This document shows, piece after piece, positions 37,595 through 46,760 of a stretch of DNA of 64,000 nt. Position 1 is the first letter of the stretch. Every line of letters starts with the position of its first letter. The position numbers were made by a program, and so were the translations under genes. The stretch comes from Anaeromyxobacteraceae bacterium. GTDB lineage: Bacteria; Myxococcota; Myxococcia; Myxococcales; Anaeromyxobacteraceae. The stretch is from NCBI GenBank assembly GCA_047602405.1, contig JASGHJ010000002.1, positions 480,001 through 544,000 of the forward strand, given 5' to 3'. Below the pieces are notes generated by a model. That model saw only the letters and a list, made by a program, of their open reading frames with translations, did not search any database and was not told where the DNA came from.

Positions 37595-38767
37595 ATGATC
37601 CCCGATCCCGACAGGTTCCTCGCCGCGGCCGCCGGTGGCGCCGCCGGCGCCGTCCGCGACCTCCTCGCCTCCGCGCCCGAGCTCGTCCGCCACCGCGACC
37701 GGCCGCAGGGCACGACCGCCCTCCACCTCGCCGCCCGCCACGGCCACCGGGAGGTGGTGCAGGCGCTGCTCGACGCGGGGGCCGAGGTCGACGCCCTCGA
37801 GACGGCGAGCGGCACGACCGCGCTGCACTGGGCCGCCGAGGTGGGCCACCCGTCCGTCGTCGAGGCGCTCGTGGCGCGCGGGGCCTCGCTCGAGCTGCGC
37901 GACGCCTGGTACGGTTACACGCCGCTCGGCTGGGCGACGGCCGTGGCGATCGTCTCGAAGGCGCACCGCGATCGCGCCGGCGCCGCCGACGCGCTCCGGC
38001 GCGCGGGCGCGCAGGAGGACGTCTTCACGGCGCTCGGCGCCCGGGACGCGGCGGCGCTCCGCCGGCTCGTCGCCGCCGACCCGGCCCGCCTCGAGCAGCG
38101 GAACGGCTTCGCCGACGACGCGCTCACCCCGCTCCTCTGGGCCGCCGGCCACGGGTGGGACGAGGGCGTCGAGGCGCTGCTCGCGCTGGGCGCCGACACC
38201 GGCGCGCGCTGCGCGCTCGGCCTGACCCCGCTCGGGATCGCGCTGCACCGCTCGCACGACGGCTCGGCGCGGGTGCTCGTCGGGCACGGCGCGCTCCAGG
38301 ACGTCTCCACCGCGGTCGTCGGCGGCAGCGCCGCCACGCTCACGCCGGAGGTGGCCCCCGAGCTCACCCCCGCGCTCGCGACCCGGCTCCTCTTCGTCGC
38401 GGCGATGGAGGGCTGGGGCGACGTCGTCGAGGCGCTGGTGCGCCGCGGCGCCGAGCCCGCCCACCGGATGAAGCGGCTCCTGCGCGAGTCGCCGCTCGTG
38501 GCGACCCCGCTCCACCTCGCCGCGCGCTTCGACAAGCCGAAGGCCGTGAAGGCCCTCGCCGCCGCGGGGGCCCCGCTCGACGCGGGCCCGGAGGACGGCG
38601 CCCCCACCGCCCTCCACGTCGCCGCCGGCGAGGGCCACCACCGCACCGTCGAGGCCCTCCTCGCGGCCGGCGCGCGACGGGACGTCCTCGATCCCTGGTT
38701 CAACGCCACCGCGTCCCAGTGGGCCGGGTCCAGCGGCGATTCCCAGACGATCCTCCTCCTCCGCTGA
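37595..38767 (+). CDS. Ankyrin-repeat protein
   Basis: Repeated TALHLAA/TALHWAA/TPLLWAA/TPLHLAA...LL..GA. Confidence 0.93.
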   Translation: MIPDPDRFLAAAAGGAAGAVRDLLASAPELVRHRDRPQGTTALHLAARHGHREVVQALLDAGAEVDALETASGTTALHWAAEVGHPSVVEALVARGASLELRDAWYGYTPLGWATAVAIVSKAHRDRAGAADALRRAGAQEDVFTALGARDAAALRRLVAADPARLEQRNGFADDALTPLLWAAGHGWDEGVEALLALGADTGARCALGLTPLGIALHRSHDGSARVLVGHGALQDVSTAVVGGSAATLTPEVAPELTPALATRLLFVAAMEGWGDVVEALVRRGAEPAHRMKRLLRESPLVATPLHLAARFDKPKAVKALAAAGAPLDAGPEDGAPTALHVAAGEGHHRTVEALLAAGARRDVLDPWFNATASQWAGSSGDSQTILLLR

Positions 38768-38873
38768 GCGCCCTCGTTCGACGTTCGACGTTCGACGGAG
38801 GTACGGTGCCGTGGGGGCGAAACGCGCCTCCGCGACGCCGGCCGGCTGCGTCGGACTGACGTCACCACATCTC

Positions 38874-38920
38874 CCGCTCATGGTGAGCGTAGCCGCGCGA
38901 AGCGCGGCGGAGTCGAACCA
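38874..38920. repeat. REP-like palindrome abutting the long repeat
   Basis: CCGCTCATGGTGAGCGTAGCCGCGCGAAGCGCGGCGGAGTCGAACCA. Confidence 0.7.
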
Positions 38921-39533
38921 GGCAGGCCTGCGGTTGAGTTGCGTGTGACGGCACGGCGCGCTGCGCGCGCCATGCCGTCACGCGCACACATCCCTTGGCC
39001 TGCAATCGCTAGGATCCTGGTGGCGTGGAGAGCCCGACCTCCGCCGGCCGGCGCTGCGGAGGCGCGTTTCGCCCTCGGGGGTGGAGACCTGAGGTCGGCC
39101 GATACTGCTGGGTGGTGAGTGATGAACTCATGGTGAGTGACGGCGACGACGGCGATGACGGTGATGCGGGACGGATCGCCGCCCCGCCGCTGGCCGTTCA
39201 TCAGCACCCGTTAGTCGCCCATCAGCACCCAGCAGTCTCGGCCGGCCTTCATCCGCTACCCCCGAGAGCCAAACGGGCCTCCGCAGCAGCGCGCAGCGAG
39301 CGACGGGCGAGGTACCGTCACCACATCTCGCATTGCAGGCCAAGGAACCATCGCGCGAGGACGGCGCCGTGCGCGCAGCGCACGACGCCGTCACGCGCAC
39401 ATGGTCCGCAGGCGTGCTGCACGATCACCGCCGTGGAACGGCACGGTTCCGGCGATCTCTTCCGTCTCAAACCCGTCCGAGCAAGCGCTGTCGCGGAGGC
39501 CCGTTTGGCTCCCAAGGACACGCATGCCCACGG
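38921..39533. repeat. Long non-coding fold-back repeat, copy 2 (IS-free, inverted relative to copy 1)
   Basis: Reverse complement aligns to 274-597 + 2068-2367. Confidence 0.9.
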
Positions 39534-39571
39534 GACTGCCCCGGACCACCAGCATCGGCAGCGGGACGGGA

Positions 39572-40783
39572 TCAACGCACGACGAAATCCGGGCGGAGCA
39601 GCTGGACGTCGATGGGGGATCCCGGCTCGAGCTCGGCGCCGGTGTCCGGGAGGATGGCGAGGCCGTCTGCGCGGAGGGAAGGGTGGATGAGCCCCGCCTC
39701 CTGCTTGCCCGCGCTGAAGGCGTGGACGGCGCCGTTCACGAGCGCGAGGCGGACCCGGAGGACCAGGGCGCGGCCCGGCTTCGCGACGAGGCGCTCCTGG
39801 TAGAGGGCGCGCACCACCGGCCGGTCCACGTGGCGGTGGCCGCCCATGCGGAGGAGGGCGGGGCGGACGAAGGTCTCGAAGGTGAGGAGCGCCGCGACCG
39901 GGTTGCCGGGGAGGGTGAAGGCGGGGCGGTCGCCGCGCCGCCAGAAGGCGACCGGGCGGCCCGGCTTCATCTCGACCTTCCAGAAGACCTGGGTGGCGCC
40001 GACCGCCTCGAGCGAGGCGCGCACGTGGTCGCGGTCGCCCATCCAGACGCCGGCGGAGGTGACGAGGGCGTCGGAGGTGAAGCCCGCCGCCACGAGGGCC
40101 TCGGTCGCGGCGCGGTCGTCGCGGGCGACGCCGAGCGGGACCGGGACGCCGCCCGCCTCGGCCACCGCGGCGGCGAGGGCGGAGGAGTTCATGTCGTAGA
40201 GGCGGCCGGGCGCGCGCGGCTCACCCGGCGCGAGCAACTCGTCGCCGGTGGAGAGCACGGCGACGTGGGGGCGGCGCACGACCTCGACCTCGGTCCGCGA
40301 GAAGGCCGCGAGGACCGCGACGTCGGCGGGGGTCAGCACCGTGCCGGCCGCGAGCGCGAGGCCGCCCGCGCGGAGGTCCTCGCCCGCGCGGCGCACGTGG
40401 GCGCCCGGGCGGACCGGCGCGCGCACGAGCACGAAGTCCCCCTGGGCCTCGGCCTCCTCGAGCGGCACGATTGTGTCGGCGCCCTCGGGGACCGGGGCGC
40501 CGGTCATGATGCGGGCGGCGGCGCCGCGGGCGAGCGGCCCCGCCGGCACCCGCCCCGCGGGGACGAAGCCGCGGACGGCGAGCGTCGCGGGGAGCGCGGC
40601 GAGGTCGGCGGCGCGCACCGCGAAGCCGTCCATCGCGGAGTTGTCCCAGGCCGGGTGGTCCCAGGGCGCGAGGAGGTCGGCGGCGAGCACGCGCCCGACG
40701 CCGGCGGCGAGGGGGACGGCCTCGGCGGCGAGCGGTCGGACGTTCTCGAGGACGAGGGCCCTCGCCAGGGGAAGGCTCGGCAT
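39572..40783 (-). CDS. moeA: Molybdopterin molybdotransferase
   Basis: NSAMDGFAV, RIMTGAPVPEGAD, STGDEL, MKPGRP, LPGNPVA. Confidence 0.96.
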   Translation of the reverse strand: MPSLPLARALVLENVRPLAAEAVPLAAGVGRVLAADLLAPWDHPAWDNSAMDGFAVRAADLAALPATLAVRGFVPAGRVPAGPLARGAAARIMTGAPVPEGADTIVPLEEAEAQGDFVLVRAPVRPGAHVRRAGEDLRAGGLALAAGTVLTPADVAVLAAFSRTEVEVVRRPHVAVLSTGDELLAPGEPRAPGRLYDMNSSALAAAVAEAGGVPVPLGVARDDRAATEALVAAGFTSDALVTSAGVWMGDRDHVRASLEAVGATQVFWKVEMKPGRPVAFWRRGDRPAFTLPGNPVAALLTFETFVRPALLRMGGHRHVDRPVVRALYQERLVAKPGRALVLRVRLALVNGAVHAFSAGKQEAGLIHPSLRADGLAILPDTGAELEPGSPIDVQLLRPDFVVR

Positions 40784-40808
40784 GGGCGAGAGGATACGCC
40801 GGAACGGC

Positions 40809-41723
40809 TCAGCCCGCGGCGGACGCGAGGTACGGGTTGCGTCCGATGCGCAGGAGCCCCCGCTCGGCGACCAGGAGGTCGAGCGCGATCGAGGCGAGGT
40901 CGTCCGCGAGCGGCTCGAGGCCCGGGGCCTTCTCCCGGTAGAGCAGCTTCAGGTACGCCTCGCACGGCTCGCAGGCCTCCGCGCGGGCCGGATCCTCCCC
41001 GTCGGGCGCGGGCTCCGGGGAGCCTTCCTCCGCGGGCCGGAGGCCGAGGTACGTCACCTTCGCGCCGGAGGCGCACAGCACGCACTGCAGCCGGGTCTTG
41101 TGCCACTCGGTGCCGCAGACGCCACAGAGGAGGTGGCGGAGCTTGTCGTCGGCCTGCACGACGCCCACCGCGGGCGGCTGGCCGCAGACGGGGCACGAGG
41201 CGTCCGGGCGGCGCGGCACGCTCGCCGGATCGATCCGCGCGGCGTGCGCCGAGAAGGCGACCTGCAGCGCGGCGCCCACGAAGGGCGCCGCGGCGAGGTC
41301 GGCCTGGGTGAGCTCGCCCGCGAGGACGCGGAGCGCGAGCCCGTCCAGCTCGGCGGCGTGGCGGCGGGGCAGGCCGGAGACGGCGTCCCGCGCCGCCTGC
41401 GGCATCGGCACGCCCGCGAGCGCGCCCGCGATGGACGCGAGCGCGTCGCGCCAGCCGTCCGGCGGGCGCGACCCGTCGAGCGGGCGATCCTCGCCGGCCG
41501 GCGTCGGCCCGGGGCGGAAGCTCGCCGCGGCCGAGACCTGGGCCGCGGCGATGCGGCCCGCGAGCGCGAGGAACTCGCCGGCCGCGTGGCCGGGGGCGAG
41601 CTCCGCCAGCCGCTCGGCGCGACGGCGGAAGGCCGCCGCGCCGGGGTGGGCCACGAGGTGCGGGATCTCGCCGAGATCGCCCTTCGACGGGGTCCCGACC
41701 CACGCGCTCGCGGTGTCGCTCAT
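40809..41723 (-). CDS. fdhE: Formate dehydrogenase accessory protein FdhE
   Basis: CPVCG, CGVCGTEW..RLQCVLC, AEACEPCEAYLK, ADDLAS..LD, NPYL. Confidence 0.93.
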   Translation of the reverse strand: MSDTASAWVGTPSKGDLGEIPHLVAHPGAAAFRRRAERLAELAPGHAAGEFLALAGRIAAAQVSAAASFRPGPTPAGEDRPLDGSRPPDGWRDALASIAGALAGVPMPQAARDAVSGLPRRHAAELDGLALRVLAGELTQADLAAAPFVGAALQVAFSAHAARIDPASVPRRPDASCPVCGQPPAVGVVQADDKLRHLLCGVCGTEWHKTRLQCVLCASGAKVTYLGLRPAEEGSPEPAPDGEDPARAEACEPCEAYLKLLYREKAPGLEPLADDLASIALDLLVAERGLLRIGRNPYLASAAG

Positions 41724-42397
41724 CGACCGCCCTGGGCGCGCACGCGATCCGGCTCCTCGGGGCCGCCGGACACCTCCCGGTACCAGGCCGGGTGGTGGAA
41801 GCGGGCCCAGGCGGCGCTCACGGTGCCGCGGACCATGGACCGGATGCTGCCCTTCGTCCAGAAGGCCGCGTACACGTGCACGCCGATGCCGATGAACATC
41901 ACGAACGCGCACACCGCGTGGGTGAGGCCGGCGGCCCGGCGGAGCGTCGCGCCGAAGGTCGCGCGGGAGGCGGCGTCGAACGCGAACGCCGGCTGCCAGA
42001 GCACGATGCCGGTGAGGAGGAGGAGCGCGATGATCGGCACCATCGACCAGTACATCATCTTCTGGCCGGCGTTGTACTTGTGCGTGTCGGCCGGCTCGTG
42101 CTCCTTGCGCATGTAGCGCCACATGTGCTCGACCCAGGCCGAGTCCGCGGGCAGCCACCGGTTGTCGCGGACGAGCTTCGCCGCGTACCAGGCGAAGGCG
42201 GCCGCGAGGATCACCCCGGCGACGGGGTGCAGCCAGCGCATGAACGGCCCGCCGCCGAAGAACCCGGCCAGCCAGAAGAACACCGGGTGGAAGAGGGCGA
42301 GGCCGGAGAGGAAGAGGAAGGTGAAGACGATCGCGATGACCCAGTGGACCATGCGCTCGGCGACGCCGTGACGGAGGATGGGGGCTTCGCTCTTCAT
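41720..42397 (-). CDS. fdnI: Formate dehydrogenase gamma (cytochrome b556) subunit
   Basis: ERMVHW, LHP, KYNAGQK, HVYAAFW.KGSIRSM.G.V...WA..HHPAWY. Confidence 0.94.
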   Translation of the reverse strand: MKSEAPILRHGVAERMVHWVIAIVFTFLFLSGLALFHPVFFWLAGFFGGGPFMRWLHPVAGVILAAAFAWYAAKLVRDNRWLPADSAWVEHMWRYMRKEHEPADTHKYNAGQKMMYWSMVPIIALLLLTGIVLWQPAFAFDAASRATFGATLRRAAGLTHAVCAFVMFIGIGVHVYAAFWTKGSIRSMVRGTVSAAWARFHHPAWYREVSGGPEEPDRVRAQGGR

Positions 42398-42402
42398 GGC
42401 GC

Positions 42403-43269
42403 TCAGGCCTCCTTCTTCTCTTCGGGGACCTCGAGCGGTCCGTGGCGCATGTAGTGGAGGATGCCGGCGACGAGCACGCCGAACATGGTGACGACGCCGA
42501 CCGTGCGGGCGACGCCGCTCCGCCAGAGGGCCACGAGCGGGCTCACCCTCGGATCCTTCGGCAGCCCGTACGCCTCCGGCTCGTCGCCGTGCGGGAGCAC
42601 CATGACGACGTGCGTGCCGCCCACGCCCTTCGGGTCGTAGACCGCCGCCTTCGCGAAGCCGCGGGACACGAGGTCGACGAGGCGGTGCTCGGCCTGGAAG
42701 AGCATCTCCTCCTTCGAGCCGAACTGGATCGCGCCGGTCGGGCAGGACTTCACGCAGGCCGGCTCGAGCCCGACCGAGACGCGGTCGGAGCAGAGCGTGC
42801 ACTTGTAGACCTTGGAGTCCTCCTTGCGCATGCGGGGGATGTTGAACGGGCAGCCGGAGATGCAGTACCCGCAGCCGATGCAGGCCTCCTGGTGGAAGTC
42901 CACGATGCCGTTCGAGTACTGGATGATCGCACCCGGCGAGGGGCAGGCCTTGAGGCAGCCCGGGTCGGCGCAGTGGAAGCAGCCGTCCTTGAGGATCAGC
43001 CACTGCAGCGCGTCCCCCACCTGGCGCTCGTTGAAGCGCATGAGCGTCCAGGTCTGATCGCCGAGGTCGGCGGGGTTCGTGTACGCGCCGTCGTTCTGGC
43101 CGACCTCCGCCCTCAGGTCGTTCCACTCCATGCAGGCGGACTGGCAGGCCTTGCACCCGATGCAGCGCGAGACGTCGACGAGCTTCGCGAGCTCGAGGGT
43201 CTGGCGCGCCGAGGGCGGGGAGGAGGTCGAGGCGGAGCGGGCCTTCACGTCGAGGGACTGGAGTGCCAT
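42403..43269 (-). CDS. fdnH: Formate dehydrogenase beta (Fe-S) subunit
   Basis: CIGCKACQSAC, CFHCADPGCLKACP, CIGCGYCISGCP, KCTLC..CVKSCP, C-terminal TM. Confidence 0.96.
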   Translation of the reverse strand: MALQSLDVKARSASTSSPPSARQTLELAKLVDVSRCIGCKACQSACMEWNDLRAEVGQNDGAYTNPADLGDQTWTLMRFNERQVGDALQWLILKDGCFHCADPGCLKACPSPGAIIQYSNGIVDFHQEACIGCGYCISGCPFNIPRMRKEDSKVYKCTLCSDRVSVGLEPACVKSCPTGAIQFGSKEEMLFQAEHRLVDLVSRGFAKAAVYDPKGVGGTHVVMVLPHGDEPEAYGLPKDPRVSPLVALWRSGVARTVGVVTMFGVLVAGILHYMRHGPLEVPEEKKEA

Positions 43270-43281
43270 GGTCTCGCTCTC

Positions 43282-46200
43282 CTAGGCCTTCTCGATGTCG
43301 ACCAGGAACGCCTTGTACTCGGGCGTCTGGATGTTCGCGTCGCCCACGCTCGGGGTGAGCGTGTTCGCCATGTGGCCCTTCTTCGCCACGCCCATGAAGC
43401 CCCAGTGGATCGGGATGCCGACGGTCTCGACCTCCTTGCCCTGGATCTTCAGGGTCGCCATGCGCTTCGTCACCACCGCCTTCGCGGTGATCCGCCCGCG
43501 CTTCGACCTCACCGCGATCCGGTCGCCGTTCTTGATCCCCTTCTTCGAGGCGAGGCTCTCGGAGATCTCGACGAAGCCCTCCGGCTGGAGCGCGGCGGCG
43601 GTGCGCGTGTGCTTCGTCCAGAAGTGGAAGTGCTCGGTGACGCGGTAGGTGGTCGCGACGTACGGGAACTCGGAGGCCTTCCCGAACTTCTCCCGGTCGC
43701 CGGGGAACACCCGCGCCGCCGGGTTCGAGAGCGCCCTGCCGCCCATCGGGTTCTTCTCGAGCGGGGTCTCGAACGGCTCGTAGTGCTCGGGGAAGGGCCC
43801 CTCGACCATGGCCGGCGCCCACAGGCGGGCGACGCCCTCGGCGTTCATGATGAACGGGCCGACGCCCTCCTCGGGCGCCGCGTCGGCGCGCATGTCGGGC
43901 ACGTCCGGGCCCGCCCACGCCTTGCCGTTCCAGGCGACGTACTTGCGATCCGGGTTCCACGGCTTGCCGGACGGATCGGCCGAGGCGCGGTTGTAGAGGA
44001 TGCGCCGGTTGGCCGGCCACGACCACGCCCAGGAGCCGGTGGCCCCGAGGCCCGTCGGATCGGCGGCGTCGCGCCGGGCCATCTGGTTGCCGGCCTGGGT
44101 CCAGGAGCCCGTGAAGATCCAGCAGCCCGAGGTGGTGGTGCCGTCGTCGCGCAGGTGCGCGAACGTGCCGAGCTGCTCGCCGGCCTTGGCGAGGACCTTG
44201 GTGGGATCCTTCGGGTCGGTGACGTCGGCGAGCGCCGTGCCGTTGAACTCCATCGCGAGCTCCTGCGGGGAGGGCGCGCGCGGCTTCTTGTACGGCCAGG
44301 TCAGGTTGAGGATCGGGTCCGCGAAGGTCCCGCCCTCCTTCTTGTAGAGCGCGCGGATGCGGGTGAAGAGGTCCGCGACAATCTCGATGTCGTTGCGCGC
44401 GTCACCGGGCGGCTCGGCGGCCTTCCAGTGCCACTGCAGCCACCGGCCGGAGTTGACGAGCGAGCCGTCCTCCTCGGCGAAGCAGGACGAGGGCAGGCGG
44501 AACACCTCGGTCTGGATCTTCGTCGGGTCGACGTCGTTGAACTCGCCGTGGTTCTCCCAGAAGCTCGCCGTCTCGGTCGCGAGGGGATCGATCGAGACGA
44601 GGAACTTGAGGCTCGAGAGGCCCTTCAGGAGCTTCGCCTTGTCCGGGAAGGAGGCGAGCGGGTTGAACCCCTGGCACAGGTACCCGTTCACCTTGCCCGC
44701 GGCCATCATGTCGAAGTAGCGGAGGATGTCGTAGGGAGCGTCGATCTTCGGCAGGTAGGCGTACGCCCAGTCGTTCTCCTTGGCCGCGGCGGCGCCGAAC
44801 CAGGACTTCTGCAGCGACACGAAGAACTTCGTGTAGTTCGCCGAGAGGTAGTTCATCTGCCCGGGCCTGAGCGGCTTCGGCGTGCGCTTGTCGACGTAGG
44901 TGGCGTAGTCGGCGTCGGCCTCGGTCGGCAGCGTCAGGTAGCCCGGCAGCGTGTGGCTGAGGAGGCCGAGGTCCGTGAGCCCCTGGATGTTGGAGTGGCC
45001 GCGCAGCGCGTTCATCCCGCCGCCCGGCATGCCCATGTTGCCGAGGAGCAGCTGGATCATCGCCATGGTCCGGATCATCTGGGAACCCTGGCTGTGCTGC
45101 GTCCAGCCGAGCGCGTACAGGTGCGTCATCACGCGCTCCGGCGCCGCGGTGGAGCCGACGAGCTCGCAGATCTGCTTGAACTTCTCCTTCGGCGTCCCGC
45201 AGATCTCCTCGACCTTCTCGGGCGTGTAGCGCGAGAAGTGCTTCTTCATGAGCTGGTAGACCGAGCGCGGGTCCTGGAGCGTCATGTCGACCTTCGCGTA
45301 GCCGTCCTTGTCGACGTCGTACGCCCAGGTCGCCTTGTCGTACTTGCGCTTCGCCTCGTCGTAGCCGGTGAAGAGGCCGTCGGCGAAGCCGAACTCCTCC
45401 TTCACGAGGAAGGGCGCGTTCGTGTACGCCCGCACGTACTCCGTCTGGATCTTGTCGTTCTGGAGGAGGTAGTTCGCGAGGCCGCCCAGGAACGCGATGT
45501 CCGAGCCCGCGCGCACCGGCGCGTAGACGTCGGCCATCGCCGCGGTCCGCGTGAAGCGCGGGTCGACGACGATCAGCTTCGCCTTGTTCTTGACCTTCGC
45601 CTCGACCACCCACTTGAAGCCGCAGGGGTGAGCCTCGGCGGGGTTCCCTCCCATGACCATCACGACGTCGGCGTTCTTGATGTCGACCCAGTGATTCGTC
45701 ATCGCACCGCGACCGAACGTGGGGGCCAGACCGGCCACCGTGGGTCCGTGTCAAACGCGTGCTTGGTTGTCGAAGGCCACACCTCCCATCGACCGGAAGA
45801 CCTTGTGCGTGATGTAGCCGGTCTCGTTCGAGGAGGCGGACGCGGCGAGCATGCCCACCGTGGTCCAGCGGTTGACCGCGACGCCCGCCGCGTTCTGCGC
45901 GACGAAGTTCTTGTCGCGGTCGTCCTTCATCAGCCGGGCGATGCGGTCGAGCGCCCAGTCCCAGGTGACCTTCTCCCACTTCGTCGCGCCCGGCGCGCGG
46001 TACTCGACCGCCTTCAGGCGGTTCGGCGAGCGGACGAAGTCGACGAGCGAGGCGCCCTTCGGGCAGAGCGTGCCGCGGTTCACCGGGTGGTCGGGATCGC
46101 CCTCGATGTGGAACACCTCGGAGCGCGCGTTCTTGGAGCGGTCGCCGAGCGTGTAGAGGATGACCCCGCAGCCGACGGAGCAGTAGGGGCACGTGTTCCG

Positions 46201-46338
46201 CGTCTCGCTCGCCTGCGAGAGCTTGAACGTGCGGACCTCGGCGAGCGTGCGCGCCGGCGAGAAGCCGAGCGCGCCGAGGCTCGTGGCGCCGAGGCCACCA
46301 GCCGCGATCTTGACGAATTGCCTACGGGTGACGGGCAT
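43282..46338 (-). CDS. fdnG: Formate dehydrogenase-N/O alpha subunit, selenocysteine-containing (1018 aa, Sec at codon 196)
   Basis: Tat TRRQFVK, CPYCSVGC..C, DNQARV-TGA(45751-45753)-HGPTVAGLAPTFGRGAMTN, ALRGHSN; the two tracked ORFs share a frame. Confidence 0.96.
45715..45750 (-). promoter_or_regulatory. Bacterial SECIS element
   Basis: Directly 3' of the UGA: CACGGACCCACGGU-GGCC-GGUCU-GGCC-CCCACGUUC hairpin. Confidence 0.75.
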
Positions 46339-46760
46339 CCGGATCCTCCGGGGGTGAGCGATCGGGGTGAGGCCGAATCCGTACGGTGCGCCGGTCGGGG
46401 TGCACTTTGCTCGTCCGTGTTGGGGCGTGTGCGCGGTTGCTCACCAGCTGCGGCGCAGCGCGCCATCATCGACTTCTTTCGTCGACTTCACGGACGGTGG
46501 GGTCGCGCCCGCTGTGACATGTCACACGGCGCGGGCCGATCGGATCGGCGGGGACGGCGCCGGTCCGCGCCGCGCGCGCGGTCGCGAGGCGCGCGCCGGG
46601 GCCAGCGCACGCCGGGTCGCATCGAACGCGGGCGCGGCGGCGGCGCCCGGCGGCCTGAGCCTACCCCTCGCGGGACTTCCGCCGTACACTGCCGCGCCAA
46701 GAGGTGGCCGCCGGCGCCCGCGCTCTCGCGGGCCCGCGCCACGCGAACCGCACCTCAACC

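Noticed and set aside
38775..38797. CGTTCGA x3 micro-repeat; also ACGCCGGCA(G/A)GGA x3 near 25586-25628
   Set aside because: Short simple repeats at the edge of repeat-rich intergenic DNA with no supporting context
43282..45738. fdnG treated as a split gene or pseudogene
   Set aside because: The TGA is at the conserved Sec site with a SECIS-like hairpin
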